Made by a program: the position numbers and the translations under genes
Shown: positions 15,712 through 26,845 of the stretch, in pieces
Layout of the letters: each line of letters opens with the position of its first letter
Numbering within the stretch: position 1 is the stretch's first letter
Notes under the pieces: model-generated
Databases searched by the model: none
Told to the model about the DNA's origin: nothing
The model's input: the letters and a program-made list of their open reading frames with translations, nothing else
Assembly (NCBI GenBank): GCA_028699085.1
Contig: JAQVVF010000002.1
Span: forward strand, 3,074 to 67,073
DNA: 64,000 bases
Source of the DNA: Patescibacteria group bacterium
GTDB taxonomy: Bacteria; Patescibacteriota; JABMPQ01; JAQVVF01
Direction: 5' to 3'

Positions 15712-17502
15712 CTATTTTTTTAGTACTTCTAGAAATGCTTCTTGTGGAATTCTGACTCTACCTAATTCTTTCATCTTTCTTTTTCCTTTTTTCTGCTTCT
15801 CTAATAATTTCTTCTTTCTTGTTACATCTCCGCCATATAATTTTGCAATGACATCTTTTCTCATTGCTTTAATATCTTCACGTGCAATTATTTTTCCGCC
15901 AATTGCTGCCTGCAACGAAACTTGAAAACTTTGTTGCGGAACAACATTTTTTAATTTTTTAACAATACTTTTTGCTTCTGTCATAACTCTTTCTTTTGGG
16001 ATAATGCGAGATAAGGCCAATACTAAATCATTAGCAACTAGAACATCAAGTCTTACTAGATCTTCAACTTTATAATCAGAAATTTCATAATTAACTGATG
16101 CATATCCGCTTGATACACTTTTTAATTTATCATAAAAATCAGTGATCACTTCAGCTAATGGTACATCATAATGCAAAATAGATCTCGTCTCATCCAAATA
16201 TTCTGTATTTTTGTATTGACCTCGATAGAATTGCATCAGCTCCATCAGTTTTCCAACATAAGTACTTGGCGAGATAACGTCCATTGAAACCCAAGGCTCA
16301 GCAATACTATCAACCAAGCTCAAATCTGGCAAATCAGCAGCACTAAATATTGTGATTTGTTTTTTTGATTTTAAATTTATTTTGTAGGCTACTGACGGGA
16401 CAGTAATTGTTAAAGTTAAACCAAACTCTCTTTTTAATCTTTCAGTAATAATTTCTAAATGCAATAATCCTAAAAAACCACAACGAAAACCTCGTCCTAA
16501 AGCTTTTGATGATTCAACTTCATAATCTAATGATGCATCATTTAATTTTAATTTTCCTAAAGCATCTTTCAGATTATCAAAGTCATCAGCATTCTCTGGA
16601 TAAAAAGACGCAAACACCATTGGCTTTACTTCTTTATATCCAGGCAATGGCTCTGTAATATTCGGACTTGCCATTGTATCACCAACACGACATTCTGAAA
16701 CTTCTTTCAATCCAGCAACAACGTAACCTACTTCCCCAGCTGTTATTTTATCAATTTCAACCTGCTTTGGTTTAAAAACACCAACTTCCAAAACTTCCGA
16801 TTCTTTTTCTGTCGACATCATCTTAATAGTGTCTCCAATCTTTATTGATCCACTAAAAATTCTAATGTAAGCAATTGCACCTTTATATTCGCTGAATACA
16901 GAATCAAAAATCAATGCCTTTAATTCATTATCATCTTCTTTTTTTGGAGCAGGAATCTTTTCAACAATCTTTTCTAAAACTTGAGCCACGCCTTCGCCAG
17001 TCTTTGCCGATATCTTCATAATTTCATTTTCTTTGCAACCCAATAGCTGTACGATTTCTCGACAAACTTTTTCTACATTTGCGTTTGGTAAATCTATCTT
17101 ATTAATAATTGGAACAATTTCTAAATCATGTTCTAACGCTAGATAAAGATTAGCAATTGTCTGCGCTTGTACGCCTTTTGTCGCATCAACCAAAAGCAAA
17201 GCTCCTTCACATGCAGCAATACTTCTTGACACTTCATAAGTAAAATCAACATGACCTGGAGTATCAATCAAATTCAAAACATAATCCTTACCATTCGAAT
17301 TATAATTTAACCTAACAGGCTGAAGCTTAATTGTAATTCCTCTTTCTTTTTCCAGATCCATTTGATCTAAAAGTTGTGCCTGCATTTTCCTTTTTTCAAC
17401 AGTATTTGTCAATTCCAAAAGACGATCAGCCAAAGTTGATTTTCCATGATCAATATGCGCAATAATACAAAAATTTCGGATACTCTTGATATCTTTTACC
17501 AT
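15712..17502 (-). CDS. lepA: Elongation factor 4
   Basis: NFCIIAHIDHGKSTLADRLL...DTPGHVDF G-domain and the LepA C-terminal region. Confidence 0.9.
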   Translation of the reverse strand: MVKDIKSIRNFCIIAHIDHGKSTLADRLLELTNTVEKRKMQAQLLDQMDLEKERGITIKLQPVRLNYNSNGKDYVLNLIDTPGHVDFTYEVSRSIAACEGALLLVDATKGVQAQTIANLYLALEHDLEIVPIINKIDLPNANVEKVCREIVQLLGCKENEIMKISAKTGEGVAQVLEKIVEKIPAPKKEDDNELKALIFDSVFSEYKGAIAYIRIFSGSIKIGDTIKMMSTEKESEVLEVGVFKPKQVEIDKITAGEVGYVVAGLKEVSECRVGDTMASPNITEPLPGYKEVKPMVFASFYPENADDFDNLKDALGKLKLNDASLDYEVESSKALGRGFRCGFLGLLHLEIITERLKREFGLTLTITVPSVAYKINLKSKKQITIFSAADLPDLSLVDSIAEPWVSMDVISPSTYVGKLMELMQFYRGQYKNTEYLDETRSILHYDVPLAEVITDFYDKLKSVSSGYASVNYEISDYKVEDLVRLDVLVANDLVLALSRIIPKERVMTEAKSIVKKLKNVVPQQSFQVSLQAAIGGKIIAREDIKAMRKDVIAKLYGGDVTRKKKLLEKQKKGKRKMKELGRVRIPQEAFLEVLKK

Positions 17503-17584
17503 ATTCTAGATTTTAACTCATTATCAACAAAATTTCAATCCAAAATGCAAGAGACAGAACAATGTCCTGCCTCTAAATAACTAA

Positions 17585-17977
17585 CTATATATTCTTTATA
17601 ATCTCCTTCACATTTGGCGCACAATCTTCTGGCAAATTATCAACTTCAATCCATTTCCATTCTTTAATATCTTTACCAATTCTTATCTCGCCAATTCTTT
17701 TTGCCAAAAAATGAACCAAAACGACAAATGAATCTTCTTCATTTGGTTTCGGTATCATCATCGTTTTTAAGGATTTTATGATTTCCACATCGATTCCCAT
17801 TTCTTCTTTGACTTCTCTTTTCGCTACTTCTTCCAAAGAATTATTCCAATCCTTAAAATCAAAATTTTCTACTTTGCCACCAGGAAATTTCCAAAAATTA
17901 TCATCGCCATGTTTATTCAAAAGCACTTTATTATCTTCAATGATAATTGGACCAGATGCAATAATTATTTTTGGCAT
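17585..17977 (-). CDS. NUDIX hydrolase
   Basis: Nudix box GGKVENFDFKDWNNSLEEVAKREVKEEMGI. Confidence 0.75.
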   Translation of the reverse strand: MPKIIIASGPIIIEDNKVLLNKHGDDNFWKFPGGKVENFDFKDWNNSLEEVAKREVKEEMGIDVEIIKSLKTMMIPKPNEEDSFVVLVHFLAKRIGEIRIGKDIKEWKWIEVDNLPEDCAPNVKEIIKNI

Positions 17978-18081
17978 AATTTTTAAGAATTATATTAAAT
18001 TATAACAAATAATAATATTAAATAAAATTAAAAAATAAAAGCGAGAATTTTTCATCTCGCTTTTTGATATTTCAGTTATTT

Positions 18082-19647
18082 CTATTTCATTCCTATTGCA
18101 AAATAATTAGTCTTTTTTGGAAAATGAGTAAAATATTTTACAATCATTTTCTTGTTTTTCTTAACTAATTTTGCATCTGTAAAAACTTCAGTCAAATTTT
18201 TCCAAGAAGTCTTTTTATTTTTATACTTCAAAGTCAAATTTGATTTCGAAGCTAATGAATTTTTCTTTTTTAATTTATTCAAAAGTTTTTTTGTATATTT
18301 AAATGTAACTTTTACTTTAAATTTTTGCGATGACTTTTTAGCTTTGTATTTATTTAAATTTGTTGTTAATTTCCAATATCTCTTTAATGCAGTCTTTTTA
18401 GAAGTTTTCCATTTCTTTGGATAAGCATCATATTTATTCCATTTCATCCAATAAGCATTATTTTTAGTCAACTTATTTGGCAAATTCTTGAAAAAAATAT
18501 TCAAGCTTTGGCCAGAAATTGCATATTCGTCCAAAACTGATCTCAAAGTCACTTCATCTCCATTTACTAAATTTTCCTCTTCGATTAATCTCCATTCTTC
18601 TGTTGTGTAATCACGTTTCCAGACTTTCGCAGTACCATTCACATAACCACCTGCATATAAACCATCAAAACCAAAAGATAATGCATTAGCTCCCGTATAT
18701 AAACTTGGAGATGATTCAAGAACAGTCTGACTCCAAGAGCTATTGACAAACGACCAAACAACTGCTCTCGTCTCAGAATTTACTTCGTCGTATCCAACAA
18801 CATATAAATTATCTTTTAGAGCAATCATCCGACCAGCATAATTTACTGAAGTACTAGAAGTTAAAGAATCTAGCCAATTTCCATTTTCATATTTCCAAAC
18901 CAAAATATTACTGTTGCCATAGCCACTACCATAAATAGTTCCATCACTAGTCTGAGCTAAAGAATTAATTTCTGAGCCACTCAAATTATAAGTCATATTA
19001 GACCAAGTATTATTAGAATATTTCCAAATTCTTGCATTATAATCAGCTCCATCATAATAACTACCACCTGCATAAATACTACCATCATAACTTTGTAATA
19101 AACTGTTAACGTTATTTCCATTCAATCCTTCGATACTATTAGCTACATCAGACCACACTTCATTAGAATATTTCCAAACTCTTGCATGAAAATTATTGTA
19201 TTGACCACCAGCATAAATAGAGCCATCAGAAGCTAAAAGCAAATCATTAACGCTGCTTCCTTCTAAAACGCCAGTAACATCCAACCAAGATGCTCCCAAA
19301 CATTTCCAAACTCTTGCATAACTTATCATCCCCTCATAATATGTACCCCCTGCATAAATATTACCATCAGAACTCTGAACAAAGCTTAAAACATAAGAAC
19401 CATTTAAACCTGCACTAATATCCTGCCAGACTCCTCCAGCATATTTCCATATTCTTGCATAACTATTTCCGTCATACCCGCCTCCGGCATATACTGATCC
19501 ATCAGAAGCCGTAAAAAGAGCGCCAATTTCACTACCATCGATTGTACCCGTAATGTCTGTCCAGGCCAATGTTGCTTTTGAAAAACCAAAACAACAAAGG
19601 ACTAAACTCACGCAAAGCGCAAATCCAAATAGTACTTTTTTTCGCAT
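18082..19647 (-). CDS. Secreted beta-propeller surface protein with K-rich C-terminal domain (paralog 2, diverged)
   Basis: Start taken at MRKKVLFG, which begins a signal peptide. Blades read DGSIYAGGxY...ARIWKYSNxxWS. The C-terminal K-rich domain is homologous to that of 11252..13057 and ends FAIGMK. Confidence 0.75.
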   Translation of the reverse strand: MRKKVLFGFALCVSLVLCCFGFSKATLAWTDITGTIDGSEIGALFTASDGSVYAGGGYDGNSYARIWKYAGGVWQDISAGLNGSYVLSFVQSSDGNIYAGGTYYEGMISYARVWKCLGASWLDVTGVLEGSSVNDLLLASDGSIYAGGQYNNFHARVWKYSNEVWSDVANSIEGLNGNNVNSLLQSYDGSIYAGGSYYDGADYNARIWKYSNNTWSNMTYNLSGSEINSLAQTSDGTIYGSGYGNSNILVWKYENGNWLDSLTSSTSVNYAGRMIALKDNLYVVGYDEVNSETRAVVWSFVNSSWSQTVLESSPSLYTGANALSFGFDGLYAGGYVNGTAKVWKRDYTTEEWRLIEEENLVNGDEVTLRSVLDEYAISGQSLNIFFKNLPNKLTKNNAYWMKWNKYDAYPKKWKTSKKTALKRYWKLTTNLNKYKAKKSSQKFKVKVTFKYTKKLLNKLKKKNSLASKSNLTLKYKNKKTSWKNLTEVFTDAKLVKKNKKMIVKYFTHFPKKTNYFAIGMK

Positions 19648-19756
19648 TTTTGTTTTTCCTCGTCCGCCATAGTTCACTACCTTCGCAAAAGCGTGGAACA
19701 AAAGCGGATGTTTATTTATTAAATTATAATAATCTAAGATTTCGTACTCCTTTAAT

Positions 19757-21298
19757 CTACTTATCCTTAGCCATTCCCAACTCTTTAAACTTAAATACCC
19801 ATGCTAGCAGAACAAACACTCCTGCACCTACAACAAATGCACTTCCTGCTTGCAATAATATTCCTAAATAAGTCTGCATATCAACAAGATTTGCCATAAC
19901 AAATAATATACAATAACAGACAACACCTGCGATCACAGTAATGACCGAAGTTTTTAAAATACTTTTCGTAATTTCAGAATCTCCTAAATCTCCCAGCCTA
20001 TATCTCAATACAATAAATAATAACAACATATTTATTAAAGCAGCCAAAGAAAAAGCCAGAGCTAATCCTAATACCCCAAAATATTTTGACAATATTAATC
20101 CGCCCGCAATATTTGCTATCATTGACACAATACTAATAAACACTGGAGTTTTCGCATCTTGCATTGAATAAAAAGATCTTACCAGCAACGGAATCAGTGC
20201 CTGAGCAAATAGACTTAAAGTAAATAATCCTAATGATTGGGCAGTCAAATAAGTATCTTCCCAATCAAATTTCCCAGAACCCAAAACCAATCTTACAATT
20301 TGCGCACGTAGTAATAACATGAAGACAGAAATAGGAATTACAAAAAACATTATTTTTGAAAAAGCAAAAGAAAAAGTATCTTTAAATAATGCTGATTTTC
20401 TTAATGACACAGCTTCTGCTAACTTTGGAAAAGAAGAGAGAGCAATTGAAATTCCAAAAACTCCTACTGGAAAATATTGCAAGTTGCTTGCAAAATTAAA
20501 AATTGTGATACTGCCAACTGATATTAAAGATGCAATAACTGTTATCACCCATAAATTTATTTGCGTCATTGCCAAACCCATAATTGATGGAATCATTAAA
20601 TTAACCACTTTCTGAACACCTTTATGCGCATAATCAAAAACAAATTTATACCGATAACCTAATTTATAAACACTAGGCAATTGGACTACAAAATGCAAAA
20701 AAGCGCCAATTACAACTCCATAAGCTATTCCCATTATTCCATATGGCTCTACCAAAAAAGCAGCTCCAAAGATAATACCTAAATTATACATTATTGGAGC
20801 CAATGCATAAAAAAAGAATCTTTTATATGAAGTCAAAATCGCACCAGCGATATTTGAAAATCCAAAAAATATCGGCGACAACAACATTATCCTAGTTAAT
20901 TGAGCAGTCAAATCTTTTTCCGTTTCGCTAAATCCAGGAGCAATCAAAAACATCAGATTAGGAGCAAATACAAAAATTACTGCACAAATTATTATTGTAA
21001 TTCCTAGAATTATGTTCAGTAAAGAATTAGTCAAATGCCAAGCTTCTTTTTGTTTTTTTTGAGATAAATAATCAACAAAAATCGGAATAAAAGCAGAAGA
21101 TAATGCTCCTAAAATCAATAAATTAAAAATAAAATCCGGAATTCTAAAAGCAGCATAATATGCATCCAAATCTCTACCAGCGCCAAACTGTTCTGCAAAT
21201 AATCTATCTCTTACCAAACCCAAAAAGCGTGAAATAAATGAAGATATTCCCAAAATTAATGCACCTGATAAAAAATATTTTTTATACTTTTCAAACAT
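19757..21298 (-). CDS. murJ: Lipid II flippase MurJ (MviN)
   Basis: N-terminal LGLVRDRLFAEQFGAGRDLDAYYAAFRIPDF with multiple TM helices throughout. Confidence 0.85.
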   Translation of the reverse strand: MFEKYKKYFLSGALILGISSFISRFLGLVRDRLFAEQFGAGRDLDAYYAAFRIPDFIFNLLILGALSSAFIPIFVDYLSQKKQKEAWHLTNSLLNIILGITIIICAVIFVFAPNLMFLIAPGFSETEKDLTAQLTRIMLLSPIFFGFSNIAGAILTSYKRFFFYALAPIMYNLGIIFGAAFLVEPYGIMGIAYGVVIGAFLHFVVQLPSVYKLGYRYKFVFDYAHKGVQKVVNLMIPSIMGLAMTQINLWVITVIASLISVGSITIFNFASNLQYFPVGVFGISIALSSFPKLAEAVSLRKSALFKDTFSFAFSKIMFFVIPISVFMLLLRAQIVRLVLGSGKFDWEDTYLTAQSLGLFTLSLFAQALIPLLVRSFYSMQDAKTPVFISIVSMIANIAGGLILSKYFGVLGLALAFSLAALINMLLLFIVLRYRLGDLGDSEITKSILKTSVITVIAGVVCYCILFVMANLVDMQTYLGILLQAGSAFVVGAGVFVLLAWVFKFKELGMAKDK

Positions 21299-21447
21299 AA
21301 AGTTTAGAAAATCCTAAATACTAAATTCTAAATCCTAAACAAATTTAAAATTAAAATTACCAAATATAAAACATCGACATCGTTTTTTAAAATTTGAATT
21401 TTAATCGTTTGGATTTATTTAGAATTTTGTACTTAGAATTTAGAATT
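21299..21447. repeat. AT-rich inverted-repeat intergenic element (family member, homologous to 59006-59138)
   Basis: CTAAATTCTAAA...AAACAAAT.TAAAATTAAAAT.ACCAAAT...ATCG...TTTAGAATTTTGT.CTTAGAATTTAGAATTTTATT is shared with the element at 59006-59138; the last roughly 32 nt are nearly identical. Confidence 0.6.
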
Positions 21448-24333
21448 TTATTTAACGAATACCACTGCATATGCCTTATCCTTATTTAAATTCGTTCGAT
21501 ATTGCAATCCTTCCGAAACTTCAGTCAATAAATTATCCGAAGAATATTTCCAATTCACATAATAATTTCTGGGATATTTTAGAATACTTGTTGTGTCAAA
21601 TGCTTTTGTACCTGGTTGCTTCTGAAAAAACATGCCATAAGAAGTTGCTACGTCTTGACCAGAATTTTTAACTTTGAATGGCAATTTATATTTTATAACC
21701 ATTGTTTTTGCCTGACCACATTCAACACCAATCCAATTTCCAAAAACTGTTTTACCTCCCTCTTCCATAATTCTGATTCCATTCTCATTATTCACTTTCA
21801 TATTGCTCTCAATGTTTGAAATCATAGGATCAGGATCAGAACCTTCTTCCAAAGGTCGAAGAACTCCCCAAAATTCCTTATCAAAACCTTTTGCTTCCAT
21901 CAACTCGCTTCCTAAAGGCACATAAAATCTCATATATGCCATATTTTTAACGCCTGTCCACATGCTATCTGGATCTCCATTATGAATTCTCGTAACCGTA
22001 ATTGTATCAATAACAGTACCATCTTCCATGATTTCAGCTTCATGTAAAATCTTTTGATTAACAACATTATCTGTTTTTCCACCACCGATATTAGTTATTA
22101 CAGTTGATAAATAATCTTTGCTCGGATTTTTTATTTCGCCAGTCCAATTAAACTCTTTTACAAAATTTTCTAATCTTTCATCAACAAAATACATCATTAT
22201 ATCCTTCTGATCAAGCATCTTGTACATCACATTTGCTGTTTCTAACCATTTAGCTTTATCTAAATTTGCCAATCTGTCAACAAATACTGGAAATAAATCA
22301 GCCAAAAATTTCTTTGGTTCATTCAGTTCTTTATCATAATCAATTTCTACTTCATACTGGGTTTTTTCAAAAAAATTGTCAGCATTAACAGTTGTATCAT
22401 ATTCAGGCATTTCAATATCTCCAGTAACTCCTAATAATGCCTCCATTACATTGCCAGTAACTGTAAAAACGCCATCAACAGTCGGCCCACCAGACTTTTC
22501 ATACATTGACATTACCTTTTTTGCTGACATTGGAAAATCTAAGAACCAGTTTGCATCTCTTAAAAATAATTTAACTTGAATCAACCGCAAAGGTTCTGGA
22601 GCAATTATTTTTTCCATTAAATTTCCATCCAAATTATATGGACCTTCTATTTTAATATTTTTTATTCTGCCAGAATCAATATCAACTAAAGCATAAGTTC
22701 CCATAAAACCGCCAGTTGGTCGAAGCTCTCTATTATTTTCAAATAATACCAAATATCTTTTTGCGCCTTTGTGTCCAAGCATTTGCAAAAAATAATCAGA
22801 ATAGGAAACTAAAGTTTTCAAATCTGAACTTATTTTAGGCAAATTATCCTTTATTGTCGCAATTTTTGGCGCAACATCAGCTGGCAAATCAGATATTTTT
22901 ACATTTTTTAAGTCAGAATTAGCTGCGTCTAATTTAGAAACTGCCAAATTTAAATTATTAGTTCCCTCAGACAACAATTCAGTTAATGATGATTTTTGAT
23001 CGTTATTTTCACTACCAGGCAGACTAATAAAACTGCCTAGATCATTAAACGGCGTTACTGCTAAAGTCATATATTCACCAGCTTTAGACAAATTCGCACC
23101 AGCTGAAAGTAAATTATCACCTGATCGAACTGCTGATGCACCGGGCATAATTTTTAACATTGATGTTATTACCTCTCCGTATTGATTCAAATCTTTCTGA
23201 GCATTCAAGAATCTATCGCCAGCCACACCAAATTTATATGATGCCATTTCAAAATCAGTACTTGTTGCCGAATTAGTTGCTGATCCCATATATTGATATG
23301 CAACTAATGCATCACTAAGTATTTTTGATTTTGTATCTTTAGCTTGTGTATTAAAAAAATCTAGACCTTTAATTCCTGAAAATAAAACAATGCCAACAAA
23401 GACAAAACCAATCAAAGAAAAACCAAATCCTTTATTAAATCTATTTTTAAATACTAACAAATAATCAACTTTTGGTTTCAATTGCTGTCGCTGTCTTTCT
23501 TGTTGCGTTTCAATTAATTTTCTTTCTTCAATTTCTTGTTGTTCTAATTGCTTTCTTAATTCCATTTCTTGTTTTTCAACTCTTTTCTTAATTCTTAGCT
23601 CCTCTTTTCTTGCTTTTAATTCTAATTCTAATCTTTGCTTTTCTAATATTTTCTTTTCTCTCAGACTTTTTTCCTCTGCTTCTCTTTTCAATTTTAATTG
23701 CTGTTTTTGCCAAAGAATTTTGTCTCGTAATGCTTTCTTATCTGCTTGTTTCTTCTGTTTCTCCTCTTGTTTTGCCAATAACCATTTCTTTTTCTGTTCT
23801 CTTTTCTCTAGCTCTTTTTGTAACTTTAAATTTTGTTGTTCTAATAATCTCGCCTTTCTTACTTCTTGCTCTTCCTGTTTTTTTTCAAATTCTAATCTTT
23901 TAATTTCAGCTATTCTTTGATTTCTCAATTTTTTCTTTTCGACTTGTCTCTGCAGCCAACTTTTTGCAAAAGATATTTTTTTTATTTTTGGTTTTTCATT
24001 TTTAACTTGTAATGGTTTTTCTATCTGCTTAATCTGTTTTAAAATTGTTGGTTTAGACTGATCATAATGTTTAACCAAAATCTTCTCATCATCGGTTGAT
24101 TCTTGAATTACTGGTTTTTGACATTCTGATTGTTTAGCTTCCTGTGTATTCGAAACTGCATTTTTTCCAGCATCCTCTTTTAATGTTACTCGCAAATTTA
24201 TTAGGTCTCTCTCTATCCTTCTTTTTTCCTCTTCACGTTTTGCTTTTCCTATTTCACGCAAATCTAAAACATCCGGCCCATTATTAAAATCCGCCACATC
24301 TCCTATGATTCTAAATTTGTTTTTGTTTAACAT
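21448..24333 (-). CDS. Large membrane-anchored protein with N-terminal E/R/K-rich single-alpha-helix-like region and large extracytoplasmic domain
   Basis: Residues about 30-290 are almost entirely E, K, R and Q in a heptad-less charged pattern (EEKRRIERD...KQEEKQKKQADKK...). A TM helix (FGFSLIGFVFVGIVLF) follows, then about 650 aa with no recognised motifs. Confidence 0.65.
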   Translation of the reverse strand: MLNKNKFRIIGDVADFNNGPDVLDLREIGKAKREEEKRRIERDLINLRVTLKEDAGKNAVSNTQEAKQSECQKPVIQESTDDEKILVKHYDQSKPTILKQIKQIEKPLQVKNEKPKIKKISFAKSWLQRQVEKKKLRNQRIAEIKRLEFEKKQEEQEVRKARLLEQQNLKLQKELEKREQKKKWLLAKQEEKQKKQADKKALRDKILWQKQQLKLKREAEEKSLREKKILEKQRLELELKARKEELRIKKRVEKQEMELRKQLEQQEIEERKLIETQQERQRQQLKPKVDYLLVFKNRFNKGFGFSLIGFVFVGIVLFSGIKGLDFFNTQAKDTKSKILSDALVAYQYMGSATNSATSTDFEMASYKFGVAGDRFLNAQKDLNQYGEVITSMLKIMPGASAVRSGDNLLSAGANLSKAGEYMTLAVTPFNDLGSFISLPGSENNDQKSSLTELLSEGTNNLNLAVSKLDAANSDLKNVKISDLPADVAPKIATIKDNLPKISSDLKTLVSYSDYFLQMLGHKGAKRYLVLFENNRELRPTGGFMGTYALVDIDSGRIKNIKIEGPYNLDGNLMEKIIAPEPLRLIQVKLFLRDANWFLDFPMSAKKVMSMYEKSGGPTVDGVFTVTGNVMEALLGVTGDIEMPEYDTTVNADNFFEKTQYEVEIDYDKELNEPKKFLADLFPVFVDRLANLDKAKWLETANVMYKMLDQKDIMMYFVDERLENFVKEFNWTGEIKNPSKDYLSTVITNIGGGKTDNVVNQKILHEAEIMEDGTVIDTITVTRIHNGDPDSMWTGVKNMAYMRFYVPLGSELMEAKGFDKEFWGVLRPLEEGSDPDPMISNIESNMKVNNENGIRIMEEGGKTVFGNWIGVECGQAKTMVIKYKLPFKVKNSGQDVATSYGMFFQKQPGTKAFDTTSILKYPRNYYVNWKYSSDNLLTEVSEGLQYRTNLNKDKAYAVVFVK

Positions 24334-24461
24334 AACTCCAAAAATCTCTGCAAAAGCAAAGTTTCTGATATAACTATATTATAAAACAAAATAACATAAT
24401 AGTGAACAATAAAAAACCACTAAAAGTGGCTATTTTTATACTAGTTAATAACAACAAATAT

Positions 24462-25595
24462 CTATTCTAAAATTGATTGATACACATCTAATGTTTCTTT
24501 TGCACATCTTTCCCAGCTATATTTTTTTACCTGTACAAGTCCCAACTTTTTCATTTCTTCTTTTAAAACATTATCATTTAAAACCTTTAAAATAACGTTA
24601 GCAATATCATCATCGTTCTTAGGATCAAAATATTTTGCTGCTTCTCCCAAAATTTCCGGCAAACAAGAAGTTTTCGCAGTCACAACTGGCAAACCATAAC
24701 TCATTGCTTCAAGAGGAGGCAAGCCAAAACCTTCGATAAAAGATGGAAAAACATACAACGATGCATTTTGATACAATCCAGCAAGCTCGCTATCTTTTGC
24801 AAAACCAAAAAAGACAACCTCACCAGAATCAAGTAATCCTAATTCTCTGGCCAAACTCTGCAGTCTCTGATAAAAATAATCTTTCTTTCCAACCAAAACC
24901 AATTGATAATCAAAATTATTTTTTCGTAATTTTTTAAAAACTTTCAATAATCTCTCTAAGTTTTTATGTGGATAAGCATTGCCAACATAAAGCAAATATG
25001 GTTTTTCTATTTTATGCAATTTCAAAAAATCTTTATTTGTCGATTCTATTTCTGGATTATTTTTTTCACAAGACTCATATGTTACAACGATTTTTTCATC
25101 ATCTAAATTAAAATGTTCGATCAACCTTTTTTTGGTATATTTTGAAACTGTTATTACTTTTTTGCACTTTCTGACAGCAGAACTAATCACTTTTTTATAA
25201 GCCATATTCTTCAAGGCATATTTTATCGGACCTAAAGTTGTCGCTCTCTTGGTAGGAAAATCAAGTAAAATTAAATCGTGAACAGTCACAACAAAATTGC
25301 CTTTATATAATAGCGGAACATTAAAATGAGGAAAATGCACTAGATCAAAATTACCTTTTTTCAAAACTTTCGGCATATTTATTTGTTCGTTCAACGTATA
25401 CCATTTAAAATCAGCTAATGCCTTTTTAAAATTCTTATTTTCTACTTTATAATAATCAAAATTTTCCTTGCGCAAAAAAATAGTATAATCATTCTTTTGA
25501 TCAACTTTTTCTAAATATTTTATTAACTTTTCTGTATATCTTCCAAGTCCTTTGCCAAATGGACCAAAGAAACGAGCATCAATTGCAATTCTCAT
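24462..25595 (-). CDS. Glycosyltransferase family 4 (GT-B)
   Basis: C-terminal EGFGLPPLEAMSYGLPVV motif. Confidence 0.8.
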   Translation of the reverse strand: MRIAIDARFFGPFGKGLGRYTEKLIKYLEKVDQKNDYTIFLRKENFDYYKVENKNFKKALADFKWYTLNEQINMPKVLKKGNFDLVHFPHFNVPLLYKGNFVVTVHDLILLDFPTKRATTLGPIKYALKNMAYKKVISSAVRKCKKVITVSKYTKKRLIEHFNLDDEKIVVTYESCEKNNPEIESTNKDFLKLHKIEKPYLLYVGNAYPHKNLERLLKVFKKLRKNNFDYQLVLVGKKDYFYQRLQSLARELGLLDSGEVVFFGFAKDSELAGLYQNASLYVFPSFIEGFGLPPLEAMSYGLPVVTAKTSCLPEILGEAAKYFDPKNDDDIANVILKVLNDNVLKEEMKKLGLVQVKKYSWERCAKETLDVYQSILE

Positions 25596-25624
25596 AAAAT
25601 ATTAAATAATTTTAAAATCAAAAA

Positions 25625-26845
25625 CTATCTGCCCCAAATTGCATCTAAAAGTTTAATTCTTGTAACCATAAATCCAGGAATTAATCCACTCAAGATTCCA
25701 ACCAAAATTACAGCCTCACCCCTTATAATCAGGTTAAAATAATCTACTGCTAAAACCACATCTCCAATTGGCAACTCAAATGGCCTATGTTGAAAATATG
25801 GCACTAAAAATAAATAAAATATTCCAGCTCCAACAATTACTCCTAAAAATGAATAAACAATTGTCTGCAAAACATAATTAGTTCTAATGATATATGGCTT
25901 TATCCCAATTGCTCTCAAAATACCAATTTCTTGTTTTTTATTTGAAATGTCAACATAAACAACAATAAAAATAGTTACAGCAGCAATAATAATCCCAACG
26001 ACTGTCATCAAAACATTTATCGACAAAAAACTTTTTGCAACTGTCGTCATTAATCCTGCAACTTCGTCCCAGGTATAAAAATTTGCATCAATATTCTCCC
26101 CTTTTAGTTCATTAATCACTTTTTTCTCACTGGCATTTTTACTTGTTTTTAATATTATATTATTCGTCTTATCTTTAAATAAAGCATTCAACTCTTCAAC
26201 AGACTTTTTTGTTACAAAAGCTCTCTGGTCAGTATTAATAAATTTTGTATAGAAAATTCCTCTGATCGTATAATCCTTACTAATACTATCAAAAGCTAAA
26301 GTTACTTTATCTCCTACTTTTGCACCCTTAAAAGAAAAAGCATTCATTTCCACATCTTTTCCTCCTGCTATTTGACGACCAATAATAATTCCGTCATTGT
26401 CATCAGTAGATAAATAAGATCCTTCTATCATTTTCTCTGAAATATTCGTTACGCTTTTTTCTGTTTCAGGATCAATAGCTAATATTTGCCAATTTCCTTT
26501 TTTATTTTTATATTTCAAACTTGCAGGAATTATTAATTGACTACTTTTCCCTTCTATTTCAGAAACATTACTAATTTTAGACATAATACTGCTTGTATCA
26601 ACAAAAAATTCTTGACCCTCATTTGGAGCTAACATGATATTACCCGTATAAGTATTTATTATCTGATCATTAGAGCTTTTGATAATTCCATTAAAAAGAG
26701 AATTGACAAAAACAAGATTAACAAATGAAACGGACATTAAAAAAACAATTAAGAAAAATGTCCATTTATTACCATGGCGCAAAAATTTCCAAACTAGAAA
26801 AAATGGAATTCTAGATTCATACCGAAATTTATTTTTTATTTTCAT
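25625..26845 (-). CDS. ABC transporter permease, FtsX/MacB-like
   Basis: N-terminal TM helix, large periplasmic domain, and a C-terminal 3-TM FtsX-like domain. Overlaps the ATPase gene by 4 nt. Confidence 0.7.
   Translation of the reverse strand: MKIKNKFRYESRIPFFLVWKFLRHGNKWTFFLIVFLMSVSFVNLVFVNSLFNGIIKSSNDQIINTYTGNIMLAPNEGQEFFVDTSSIMSKISNVSEIEGKSSQLIIPASLKYKNKKGNWQILAIDPETEKSVTNISEKMIEGSYLSTDDNDGIIIGRQIAGGKDVEMNAFSFKGAKVGDKVTLAFDSISKDYTIRGIFYTKFINTDQRAFVTKKSVEELNALFKDKTNNIILKTSKNASEKKVINELKGENIDANFYTWDEVAGLMTTVAKSFLSINVLMTVVGIIIAAVTIFIVVYVDISNKKQEIGILRAIGIKPYIIRTNYVLQTIVYSFLGVIVGAGIFYLFLVPYFQHRPFELPIGDVVLAVDYFNLIIRGEAVILVGILSGLIPGFMVTRIKLLDAIWGR

Noticed and set aside
23610-23920. Plus-strand ORFs 23610..23903 and 23720..23920
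   Set aside because: Antisense to the E/K/R-rich segment of gene 21448..24333; low-complexity artefacts.
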